A stretch of 64,000 nt of DNA from Octopus bimaculoides. Taxonomy: Eukaryota. The position numbers and the translations under genes are program-made. The notes under the pieces were generated by a model. That model was not told where the DNA came from, did not search any database, and saw nothing but the letters and a program-made list of their open reading frames with translations. Shown piece after piece: positions 24,094 to 35,245 of the stretch. Location: positions 38,198,347-38,262,346 of the forward strand of contig NC_068984.1 in NCBI RefSeq assembly GCF_001194135.2. Reading direction: 5' to 3'. Position 1 is the stretch's first letter, and each line of letters opens with the position of its first letter.

Positions 24094-24415
24094 TCATCAT
24101 TGTTTAAAGTCCGCTTTCCATGCTAGCATGGGTTGGACGATTTGACTGAGGACTGGTGAGCCAGATGGCTACACCAGGCTCCAATCTGATTTGGCAGAGT
24201 TTCTACAGCTGGATGCCCTTCCTAATGCCAACCACTCCGAGAGTGTAGTGGGTGCTTTTACGTGCCACTGGCATGAAGGCCAGCCAGGCGGTACTGGCAA
24301 TGGCCACGTTCAAAGTGATGTATTTTACGTGCCACCTACATAGGAGCCAGTCCAGCGGCACTGGCAACGATCTCGCTCGAATGACTTTTCACGTGCCACC
24401 GGCACAAGTGCCAGG
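24094..24415 (-). mobile_element. RTE LINE 3' UTR fragment
   Basis: Reverse complement of the 12270-12655 / 59089-59328 sequence at high identity. Confidence 0.85.
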
Positions 24416-25067
24416 AACGTTGGTTCTTTCATTTGCATTTTGTAATTGATCGTTTTCTTTCTTTATTTTGACAAAAAAGGGGAATAGTTAGCATTTTCCA
24501 TTTGCACAAATATCTACACATTCACTACATGGAACATGAAGTGTATTTGAATTGTTGCTTATGCACTCTAACCCTATCAATTGATTTTTGTTCTATATAA
24601 CCAATATAATTCTCATTACATTGTGGACATGCGATGCAGTAAATGGGATTTTTTTGTTTTACAATTCATATTTGCATTAACTCTAAGTTCTTTCCCTCCC
24701 CCCTTCTCTTAACATTTCTTATCTGCATTAATTCTTCTTCTGGTTCAAATTTTGCCTTTCTTAAAAGTTTTTTTTTTAGGTCTAGCAGCTGTTTTCAGCT
24801 CTTAATAATTTGTAACGTTTAATTATTTTTCTTAGATTTGATGATTAATGTAAAACTGGTAGATATCATCTAGTTGAATGTAAGATGTGATTTCTGGTTT
24901 TATGGGTGATTTACAAATCAAATATTTCTGTTTGTGTTTGTCTCCTCATTGTGACGGTTTCTCAATAAATCAGAAATTGTGATTCCTTTTGCTTTGGTTA
25001 TGGTATGATTTACTAAGATTTTCAAGTATTTTTGTCATTGGAGAAACATGTTTAGTTCTACTAGTTA

Positions 25068-25216
25068 TCTCTCTCTCTCTCTCTCTCACTCTCTCTCTCT
25101 TTCTCTCTCACTCTCTCTCTCTTTCTCTCTCACTCTCTCTCTCTTTCTCTCTNNNNNNNNNNTCTCTCTCTTTCTCTCTCACTCTCTCTCTCTTTCTCTC
25201 TCACTCTCTCTCTCTT

Positions 25217-25247
<31 letters not shown>
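25068..25247. repeat. (CT)n compound microsatellite spanning a 10-N gap
   Basis: Direct reading. Confidence 0.95.
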
Positions 25248-26523
25248 TCTACTTGAGTCTGTAACTATTGAACATATATATTTCTTGCTATATTAAATCG
25301 GATATTTCTTTTGATATGAAATGAGCGACAAAACCTAATTTAAGTATTGGTGTGTTTATGTTCATTCAGTACAGATCAGATGTAATAGTCTTATTTTCCT
25401 TAATTACCAGAATCTTTGCCTGATTTGGAATTACTTTTGATCAGTATTTCCCATCTTATTTAAAAGAAAACAGGTAAAGATTCCTAGATGACTGCTTTAT
25501 ATTTTTGGAACAGAAGGAAGGTAGACCTTATATGACACCTTGAACATTCATGAACTGATCCAGTTCACCCTTCTGTGCCACCAAATTATCCCTCCCCCAC
25601 ATCACATGCTGCTCACTCCCTACCCCCTGCAGTATTCCTGCCTTTCCTCTTACTCTTGTAACCTATCCACCTGCGGATCATTTCTTGCTCTTATCTTTCC
25701 CCTGTCTACTGTATTATTATTCTGCTACTCTTCACTCCTTTCTGTACTGTCAGTCATCACCTACTCTTCTTTAATTACCTTTCATCTCTTGTTCACTATT
25801 CACTACATCCACACTTCAACCCTACCCAACCACTATAGTCATCACCTACTCTTCCTTGCCTTCCCGCCAACATGAGTTTGTCATCCCTCAACACTTGTTC
25901 TTCATTCATTTCACCTCATCCATTCCCCATTTCTAGCAACTCTTCACTCCCTCCATACACTCTTGTAATTTCTATCCACCCACACTCCTCTGTTCTATTG
26001 TCTTTGTTCACTTATAATCACCTCCTACCTTTAGTGTCCACACTCACACCTCACCACTATTATATCTTTCTTCCCAGCTCCACCTGGGTTATTCACAACC
26101 TCTCTACTAAATGTAAGTAGCCATGTAGCTCCTTTACAGTAAGAAACCTCTTCTTTCATACTTGAACCTCTCATCTACTCGCATAGAGCTACCTTCTCTG
26201 CTGTAGTAAAAGAGGTCTTAGCTTTGCAAGCTGCATGACAACTTCTCTAGTGCTAATGCCATGAGCAAAGCATACTCTGTAAAGTGTACATGCTATAAAT
26301 TAACAGATGTTAGGAAACACATTCAAGTATTTAGTGGTGGGGGAGATAATTTGGTAGCTCAGTGGTGGGGAAAAAGGATCACTGTAAAGTGTGGGTGAAG
26401 AGAACAGCATTGATAGATGAAGGATGATTAATTAGTGAAATGGTTTCAAGTAAGAAGAAAAATTAATGGTATCAAGAAAGATCAACAGTGGAGGAAATTG
26501 GGCAATGAACCCAGTTGTACATA

Positions 26524-26527
<4 letters not shown>

Positions 26528-26618
<91 letters not shown>
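26528..26618. repeat. (GT)n microsatellite, about 45 units
   Basis: Direct reading. Confidence 0.95.
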
Positions 26619-26621
<3 letters not shown>

Positions 26622-26929
26622 AAGAAAAAGGAGGCAGTCAGAATTTTGGATAATTCTTTATTAGTGCTTTTGTTCATTTAGCCAAACTCTTCAAGATAAT
26701 AAAACCAAGATGATCTTGGAAAGAGTTAAATGGACAAAAGTGCTAATAAAGAATAATCCAAAATTCTGACTGTCTCCTTCTTCTTAATATACAATATTTG
26801 TACTCCACTTCAAACACACACACACACAACACAAAGTACTTTCAGATTTCAGTTACACTTCAGTAGGCAGGTCTTCCCAAGAACCACAAATTGCCAGTCA
26901 TCCTGCTCCTTTGCAGTTGTGGCAGTACA

Positions 26930-27377
26930 AGTTGTTATGATTGTGTTGGTGTTGGTCATCATGACACTGATGAGGGATGATGTTGCCACTAGAGATACCA
27001 ATGATAATATTAATATGATGGTGGAGCTGGGGGTAGTAGGAATAGCCATGTGTCTGATGTTGGTAGTGATCCTAATGATAATGAAGAAAATGGCAATGAC
27101 GATGATGCTGATGATAATGATGATGGTAATGATGATGATGGTGGTGGTACTGGTGGCAGTGATGATTATGATGATTATGATGATGGCAGTGATGGTGATT
27201 ATGGTTGTTTATGGTTGTTGTTGTGAAGGTGATGGGAGTATCATGGTTATAGTTGTATCTATGACTGTGTTGTGGCTGTTGTCAAGCTTCAGATCAGCCC
27301 TGATAGGATAAACCTATTTTCAAAGACATTCCAGCCATGACCAGCCCATCTTTTTACTTTGAGCAGAGGGTCAAGAA

Positions 27378-27423
<46 letters not shown>

Positions 27424-27595
27424 ATAATGGTGATGATGATGATGGTGATGATTATGATGATTATGATGATGATGATGGTGATGATGGTGATGGTGATGAT
27501 GATGATGATGATGGTGATGATTATGATGATTATGATGATGATGATGGTGATGATGATCATGATCATGATCAGGATGATGGTGGTGGTGGTGATGA
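26930..27595. repeat. Degenerate (ATG/GTG)n trinucleotide microsatellite field
   Basis: Direct reading; it produces the poly-Met and poly-Ile ORFs in the track. Confidence 0.9.
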
Positions 27596-27976
27596 CATTT
27601 ATTTTGAGCACTGTTGCTGCTTTACTTTGTAAGGTTAAAAAGATGTTTCTAGGAAGATATTGAGAAAAATATCATCTCACATTTAGAAAAATAATTTTCT
27701 GAGTCAGCGAAAGCAAAAATATATTTTTTTTCACTTTAAAAAATAAATTCTTATTTCTTCTCTTTTTAAAATTAAAAGATAATTTGTGATTTCCTAATGC
27801 ATGAAAAACAAATTATATACAAAAATATTTTTAAAATATGTTAATGAACAGAGGTTATCTTTATAAAAATCATTCTTTAGGCTAATTAATAACTGGAAAG
27901 TAGAAGACACAAACAAACACCAGATCAATCAGTTTCTGAGTAATCAAAGCAATTTTAGTAAAACCAGAAAAAAAAG

Positions 27977-28060
27977 AAAAAATCTCAAAAAAAAATCTCA
28001 AAAAAAAAATCTCAAAAAAAAAAATCTCAAAAAAAAATCTCAAAAAAAAATCTCAAAAAA
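27977..28060. repeat. (A)7-11TCTC tandem repeat, about 6 units
   Basis: aaaaaaaatctc repeated with variable A-run length. Confidence 0.9.
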
Positions 28061-28566
28061 ACAACCGGATGTAAAAGTCTGGCTAGGAAATTTTCTACTT
28101 TGTGATTGGATAGCATACTTCCTTTGATTTGTCCATATATTACATACATTATATTGTATTTCATTATATCACATTATAACCATTCCTTTTACATGCATAT
28201 ATGTAAATATATTAAGTATGAATACAAAAACAAATGCCTAATTCTTTTTCAGTTCTGTCCATTAAGTCTGTTAATGTTGTGGTTTGGCGTGATTGATAAT
28301 GTATTCAAGTTATATATTATATATTATACAACTATCATGAGAGCATATAGTTGTATTCATGCATATATGTGTGTCTGTGTGTATATATTGTGTGTGTGTT
28401 GTTCAAAAAATGTTCATTTTCTATGTTTTCATTTCTCATTGTGTTTAACGTTTTTTTTTTATGTCCTGTACCCATATATGCATGTATGTATACATATAGA
28501 TGTAGGTATGTACATATATGTATGGATATATGCATATATTTACATATTATTTATATTATTATTATA

Positions 28567-28662
<96 letters not shown>

Positions 28663-28673
28663 CATATATATAC

Positions 28674-28744
<71 letters not shown>

Positions 28745-28984
28745 CATACATACATACATACATACATATATCCATTGTATAGATACATGCTGTATATATA
28801 AATTATACATTTACATAAAAGATATTGAATATTCAACTCTGAAGGCAGTGCACCAGTATGGCCATGGTTGTATTGCCATACATACACAACCTACACAACC
28901 ATATTATATATGTGCATATATATGAGCACAGACTCTTTCATACATATTTTATTGTTTGATATACAAATAAGTTTCATTTCTCAG

Positions 28985-29020
28985 TCCTTTGGGTACTAAC
29001 ACTGACTGTAGTACAAACAG
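28985..29020 (+). CDS. Candidate internal exon of an unidentified gene (PLGTNTDCSTN, phase 2-2)
   Basis: tttcatttctcag| and cag|gtaagt, both strong sites; 36 nt; frame-compatible with 29193-29236. Confidence 0.35.
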
Positions 29021-29192
29021 GTAAGTTGCTATTAACATATTTAATGTATGAACCATTAAATATGCAGTGTTGGATATTAGTTTTATTACAAACCTAACTC
29101 CTACATACATATCTAAATATTGATAATGATGATATGACCACAGAAAGAATATTGATTGAAGAAATTCTTAGTTGTTTTTCTCTTTGCTATAG

Positions 29193-29236
29193 ATTTACTG
29201 AAGCAAAATGCTTGAGGGATATACAACAGCTACAAG
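29193..29236 (+). CDS. Candidate internal exon ((R)FTEAKCLRDIQQLQ, phase 2-1)
   Basis: tttttctctttgctatag| acceptor and aag|gtgaca donor; only the phase-2 frame is open; 172-bp intron from the previous candidate. Confidence 0.3.
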
Positions 29237-29425
29237 GTGACAGTAAAACCTATTTATTTAGCTAGGATTGACTGAAGCAAGCAGCATTTTATGCTTTGAT
29301 TTGCTGTCAGTAGTCCAGCATCTTAACTTCTCAGTTGGAATGACTCACTAAAAGCTACTTATGATTCAACAATGTCGTCTTAAGTATTAACTTTACTTGT
29401 GTTTCACTTGTTTTATTGACCTTAG

Positions 29426-29508
29426 AAAAATCAAGTGCCAATGTCGGCTTTGAACTTTATCTCAGAATGTTATGCACAACATTTGTACTCTGTCTGACAG
29501 CAGCTTAG
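29426..29508 (+). CDS. Candidate exon ((E)KSSANVGFELYLRMLCTTFVLCLTAA*)
   Basis: Long pyrimidine tract ending gaccttag|; phase-1 entry matches the previous candidate; 189-bp intron. The 3' boundary is uncertain. Confidence 0.2.
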
Positions 29509-29668
29509 TCAGGGCAATGTTCAATACAGAATTGACCTCTATTAAATCTTTGAAGCCCAATAAGCATACCAATAGGTTCAATATCAATATCTGTATCAGT
29601 ATCATTTATGTGTGTGTGTGTGTGTGTGTTTATTACTTGATTTTTTCCTTTTTTAAATCATATATATA

Positions 29669-29993
29669 TCATCATCATCATCATCATCATCATTTAACAT
29701 CTGCTTTCCATGCTAGCATGGGTTGGACGATTTGACTGAGGACTGGTGAAAACCAGATGGCTACACCAGGCTCCAATCTGATTTGGCAGAGTTTCTACAG
29801 GTGGATGCCCTTCCTAACGCCAACCACTCAGAGAGTGTAGTGGATGTTTTTACGTGCCATCGGCACGAAGGCCAGTCAGGGGGTACTGGCAACGGCCACG
29901 CTCGAAATGGTGTATTTTACGTGCCACCTGCACAGGAGCCAGTCCAGTGGGACTGGCAACGAACTCGCTCAAATGTCTTTTCATGTGCCACAA
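29669..29993 (-). mobile_element. RTE LINE 3' UTR fragment
   Basis: (cat)n tail plus the reverse complement of the RTE 3' UTR. Confidence 0.85.
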
Positions 29994-30239
29994 GTATATA
30001 TATATCTTTTTATCCTTTGCTTGTTTCAGTCATTAGACTGCGTCCATGTTGGGACACTGCCTTGAAGAATTTTTAGTTGAATGAATCAACGTCTACTTAT
30101 TTTTTTAAAGCCTATGTGTCTCTTTTGCTAAACCACTAAGTAATGGGGGACATAAACACACCAATAGTGGCTGTCAAGCAGTGGTGGGGAATAAGCACAG
30201 ACACAACCACCCACACACACACACACATACAGATATATA

Positions 30240-30945
30240 TTGGGTCATCCCATAAACAATGCAGTTTCTTCAATTACATGGACTAAAAGTCGGAGGGGCA
30301 TGGGATAAACTACCTGCAACAACTTGCTATAAAAGCAGGTAATAATTTTACCTTGTACTTATTCTTAGTGCAAGTTTTGAAAAGTGCAGTTCCATTTTAA
30401 CAGTTATTTTTTCAAAGCTATAATGGAAGTGGATATGCTCCTTTGAGCATATTCAGCATATTTTGCTTTATGAGTTCAATAATGGCAACACAATGGAAAG
30501 TGTGAAGAATATTAATGCAATATATGGGGATCGGACAATAAGTGTAAGCCAGTGTAAATGGTGGTTCCAGATATTCTGAGCCAGAAACTATAGCTTAGAA
30601 GACAAGCCTCATCCTGGAAGATCTGTAGAGCTCGCCAAAGACATCCTGCAAACCCTGGTGGAACAAAATCCCATTGTGACTGTTGAGGAACTAGCAGAGA
30701 AGCTTGGATTTGGTCATTCAACCATTCATCGACACCTGTGTGCTGTCAGAAAAGTCAGCAAATTGGGTCAGTGGTTTCCTCACAAACTTTCCAAGTCTAA
30801 TCATGCGCAGAGAGTGAATGTGTGCTCTTCTTTGAATGGAACTTTTTTGGACCGAATAGTCATAGGTGACAATAAATGGGTCCCCTATAAAAATGTCAAG
30901 CACTGAAGATAATAATTTGCACCAGTCCTTGCAAACCTCATAATG
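30240..30945 (+). mobile_element. Degenerate mariner (Mos1/Hsmar-like) transposon, 3'-truncated
   Basis: TA then ttgggtcatcccataa end. Broken ORF: HILLYEFNNG...SLEDKPHPGRS...NPIVTVEELAEKLG..HSTIHRHL...KLGQWFPHKL...FLDRIVIGDNKWV.Y.N. Confidence 0.85.
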
Positions 30946-30984
30946 GTTTTTTTTTAATTATCACTATATGAAATCTCACGCTAG

Positions 30985-32153
30985 AAATTTGGACACCTTT
31001 TCCACATCTACTTAATGGATAACTGGAAAAGATACTTGGATGATTGTTTCATCATATGGAAGGAATCCTATGAAAAACTTCTAGAATTCAAAACCATACT
31101 TAACAACATACATCCCAGCATTCAATTCACTATGGAATTCAGCAAACATCATCTCCCTTTTCTTGATCTCTTAATTATAAAAACACCTAATAACCAAATC
31201 ATAACCCAGCATCTACCACAAACCTACAGATTCACAACAATACCTCCTTTTCAGTTCATGCCACCCAAAACACACCAAGATAAATATCCCCTTCAATTTA
31301 GCTAAAAGAATTTGCACCATTGTCTCTGACCCAACCACTCGAGAAATACGCTTACAAGACCTCAAAAAAACACTATTACAATGCCAATATCCCTCCACAC
31401 TCATAGACTTTGGACGTGCCAAGGAACTTGACAAAAACACACTAAAAACCAACCAACACAATAACACACCCAACCCCAAAATACTTCCATACATCTCCAC
31501 CCACAACCCCAAAAACATCGAAGCATGCACCACAATCAAACAAAACCTCCCCTTACTCACCACAGACCCAAAAATGAACAATATCATCAATACACACAAA
31601 GTCCTTAAATGCAAAAGGCAACACAAATCTTTGAAAAAACTCTTAACCAATGCCAAACTACATACACCACTTCCACCCCCATCAATTAAAAAATGTGCAT
31701 GCCCTAACTGTGGTACCTGCCCCTACCTACTTGAGGGGTCTGAATTTACCTTCAAATGAGGAACAAAGTTTAAAATCAAGACTAATTTCTCTAGTTCCTC
31801 TGAGAACCTCATTTATGTCCTCACATGCACAGGTTGCCAACCCAACTATATCGGACAGACGAGCCCCCTTTGCGTAGAAGAGTAGCAGTCCATAAAGAAC
31901 AAATAAATCTTCCACAACACTGCCAAATTCCACTCAGTGGCCACATAGACTCTTGCGCCAGAAACAAAAACCCTAAATTCCTTATATTCCTTTTCTATCA
32001 ATGTAAAGACAGAATCTCCACATAAGAAAGAATCAACAAGGAGAATCTTTTTATAGAGAAATTCCAACCACTTCTTAACACACAAACCCCTCGGTGACCA
32101 TATTTCTCTTAGAACAAACATAAACTTCCTGTTGACAAAGAGTCCAGAATTCC
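30985..32153 (+). mobile_element. Penelope-like retroelement fragment (RT C-terminal half plus GIY-YIG), frameshifted; runs into a gap
   Basis: WKRYLDDCF...LNNIHPSIQFTME...LPFLDL, KPTDSQQYL.F.SCHPKH, YISTHNP, KCKRQHKSLKKLLT, C..PNCGTC, NLIYVLTC.GC...YIGQT. Confidence 0.9.
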
Positions 32154-32642
32154 NNNNNNNNNNNNNNNNNNNNNNNNNNNNNNNNNNNNNNNNNNNNNNN
32201 NNNNNNNNNNNNNNNNNNNNNNNNNNNNNNNNNNNNNNNNNNNNNNNNNNNNNNNNNNNNNNNNNNNNNNNNNNNNNNNNNNNNNNNNNNNNNNNNNNNN
32301 NNNNNNNNNNNNNNNNNNNNNNNNNNNNNNNNNNNNNNNNNNNNNNNNNNNNNNNNNNNNNNNNNNNNNNNNNNNNNNNNNNNNNNNNNNNNNNNNNNNN
32401 NNNNNNNNNNNNNNNNNNNNNNNNNNNNNNNNNNNNNNNNNNNNNNNNNNNNNNNNNNNNNNNNNNNNNNNNNNNNNNNNNNNNNNNNNNNNNNNNNNNN
32501 NNNNNNNNNNNNNNNNNNNNNNNNNNNNNNNNNNNNNNNNNNNNNNNNNNNNNNNNNNNNNNNNNNNNNNNNNNNNNNNNNNNNNNNNNNNNNNNNNNNN
32601 NNNNNNNNNNNNNNNNNNNNNNNNNNNNNNNNNNNNNNNNNN

Positions 32643-32683
<41 letters not shown>

Positions 32684-33303
32684 CATATATATATATGTGT
32701 ATATTGTTTATATTATTATTTGATTGAACGCCACGCATCTATTGCCAAGAAAGTTTATATCAATCTTTTTAATGTGACTCTACTCTATACTGTTTTTCTC
32801 CCCCATTGTATTCTCTCTCATCATTTCTCAAATTCCCTTTTTTCTCCCCATCACCATTTTCTGTCTCTCTCTCCCCCTCTTTCTCCTGCTCTCTCTCTCA
32901 TTGCTCACATGTGTCCATTGCCCATCTTTCTTTTCCTCGTGTGATCATTTTTCTTTTCTTTCAGGACTGGACATATTCTATCTCTCTCTTCTATCTTTTC
33001 TCTTGTCAAAGAAAATATCTCTCCAGCATTCACTATTTTACCCTTGTTCTGGTCTAACTATGTTTGTTTTCGTTCGGTTTTCTTGTATGTCTCTACTGTC
33101 CTGTTTTTGTTTCCAACTTTGACCCTCCATAAATCCCAAATTTTGTTTTGATACTTATGCAAGCAACTGTCTTCGAAGACTCATATTGTCATTCAATGCT
33201 CGAAATGAGGAGTAGATAGACAGCTGACAATTGATGAAGGGTCGTTCTTTGTGTTACTTGTCCTGTTTTTCCATTTGCTTCTCTCGTTCTTTGTGTATTG
33301 AAT

Positions 33304-33696
33304 GCAGGAGTGGCTGTGTGGTAAGTAGCTTGCTTACCAACCACATGGTTCTGGGTTCATTCTCACTGCATGGCACCTTGGGCAAGTGTCTTCTACTAGT
33401 CTCGGGCCGACTAAAGCCTTGTGAGTGGATTTGGTAGACAGAAACTGAAAGAAGCCCGTCGTATATTTGTATATGTTTGTGTGTCTGTGTTTGTCCCCGC
33501 AACATCGCTTGACAACCGATGCTGGTGTATTTAGGTCCCCGTAACTTAGCAGTTCAGCAAAAGAGACTGATAGAATAAGTACTAGGCTTACAAAGAATAA
33601 GTCCTGGGGTCGATTTGCTCGACTAAAGGTGGTGCTCCAGCATGGCCACAGTCAAATGACTGAAACAAGTAAAAGAGTAAAAGAGTGAGTAAAGAG
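33304..33696 (+). mobile_element. tRNA-derived SINE, family A (full length)
   Basis: ggagtggctgtgtggtaagtagcttgc...ggttctgggttca head, central (TA/TG) microsatellite, tail ggtgctccagcatggcc.cagtcaaatgactgaaacaagtaaaagag. Other copies at 51268, 7648, 50215(-), 23780, 40780, 3420(-), 4060(-) and 29995(-). Confidence 0.85.
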
Positions 33697-33754
33697 TATT
33701 TGTTTTCATATTTCATGTTCTTTACTGTTGGTGATGTTCTGTATCCATATATGC

Positions 33755-33792
<38 letters not shown>

Positions 33793-34669
33793 AACAGACT
33801 CTTAGCTATTGGCAAAGGTAACCTACTAACAAACCAGCCAGCCTGTTTGCTACCCAATCAATCAAACATGTGACTAGACATTCTAAACAGCTGAAAGCAT
33901 TGAAAGCAAGCAAACACCTGAAGTAGGTACATCAGCTGATCAGATAATGTCATCTTTGTATCAATAAATGCAAGGTAGTTAGTGAGTTTAACATGAACAC
34001 TTGATGCTACAAACCACAGTTAACATGTTTCTCTGCATATTTCCTGATTCAACCAGCATAACTACTCTTGGTTGCATGTAAAACGTCCTCCTTCATTGTC
34101 TTTTCTCTCTCTCTCACTCTCACTCACTCTACCTCTCTTTTTTGCACTATTACTTCTTTCTATCCCTCCCCCCTCTCTCTCTCACACATACATCTACACT
34201 CTACCATTCTCTCACACTATCTTTCTCCTCCTCCTCAGTTTAGATTGTCTTTCACTCTGTTTCTCTCATTCTTACAGTTATTTCTGTCAGCTTCTTTTCT
34301 TGTCAATTTCATTGCTGTTATTTTAACAAATTATGCCATAAAATACGTTTTCTAGAGCTCTCATTTTTAATGATGTTCTTGTTTCTGTTGATGTATTTGT
34401 TGGTGTTATTACTGAGTTGTTGTTTTTGTTGTTGTCATCACGAATGTTGCTATTAATTATGAATTTCTGTTTTATAGATTTTGAACTTTATTTTATTCTG
34501 ATGTCACTAATTTTGACACAAACATGATGATGCTGATTACACAGCATTTTGCACAGTGAACCAACAAAGAGATCTCTATCAATTGACCAAGAAATAGCAG
34601 CTAAATCTCTCTTGAATTTCACCCCACTGTCTTTGATAGAGAACATACCAAACAATGTAATAGTAGTGA

Positions 34670-34677
34670 TGATGATA

Positions 34678-34727
<50 letters not shown>

Positions 34728-34855
34728 GATGATAATGACTGATTACAAATATGACGATGACGACGATGATGATGATGATTAGGATGGTGATGATGATGGG
34801 GATAACAGTAACAGTGGTGATGATGATGATGATGATGAAGAGGAGGAGGAGGAGT
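34670..34855. repeat. (GAT)n/(GAG)n microsatellite
   Basis: Direct reading. Confidence 0.9.
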
Positions 34856-34869
34856 AGGATAATGCCATA

Positions 34870-35171
34870 TTCTAATAATAGGACCAAATGTTTGGTTATC
34901 TTTATTGTCATTTACTCACAAAATTGCTCACAAAGCTCCTAAATAAAATTATGCCGAGTTAACTAAATAAAATCACTGAATGATTACATAGACAAACAAC
35001 TTAGCCATAATCAATCTCAAAGGATGCCAAAAAATTACAGGTCAATTACTTGCCTGCTAGCATATCCTTTGTGTTCTGTTTTTATTTTTACGTTTTTAAT
35101 TCTTTCTTTCACCCCTGCCACTATCTGGCATATACTGGTGCTTGCAATTATCAAGTATTACCTCTAAAATT

Positions 35172-35245
<74 letters not shown>

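Noticed and set aside
25411-25473. Longer exon with an in-frame TGA (IFA*FGITFDQYFPSYLKEN) as selenocysteine or A-to-I stop recoding
   Set aside because: An internal AG acceptor at 25444 avoids the stop. There is no selenoprotein similarity or SECIS evidence, so readthrough need not be invoked.
26919-27663. Long poly-Met, poly-Ile and poly-Val ORFs (also 34549-34942 and 46652-47056)
   Set aside because: Translations of ATG/GTG/CAT microsatellites, which lack stops in most frames.
33304-33385. tRNA genes (also at 3806, 51268 and 58287)
   Set aside because: These are tRNA-derived SINE heads with A/B-box-like motifs, followed by SINE bodies; no complete cloverleaf.
34741-34782. FLAG-tag-like peptide DYKYDDDDDDDDD (gattacaaatatgacgatgac...)
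   Set aside because: It is not the FLAG sequence (DYKDDDDK) and it is embedded in a natural (GAT)n microsatellite, with no vector sequence nearby.
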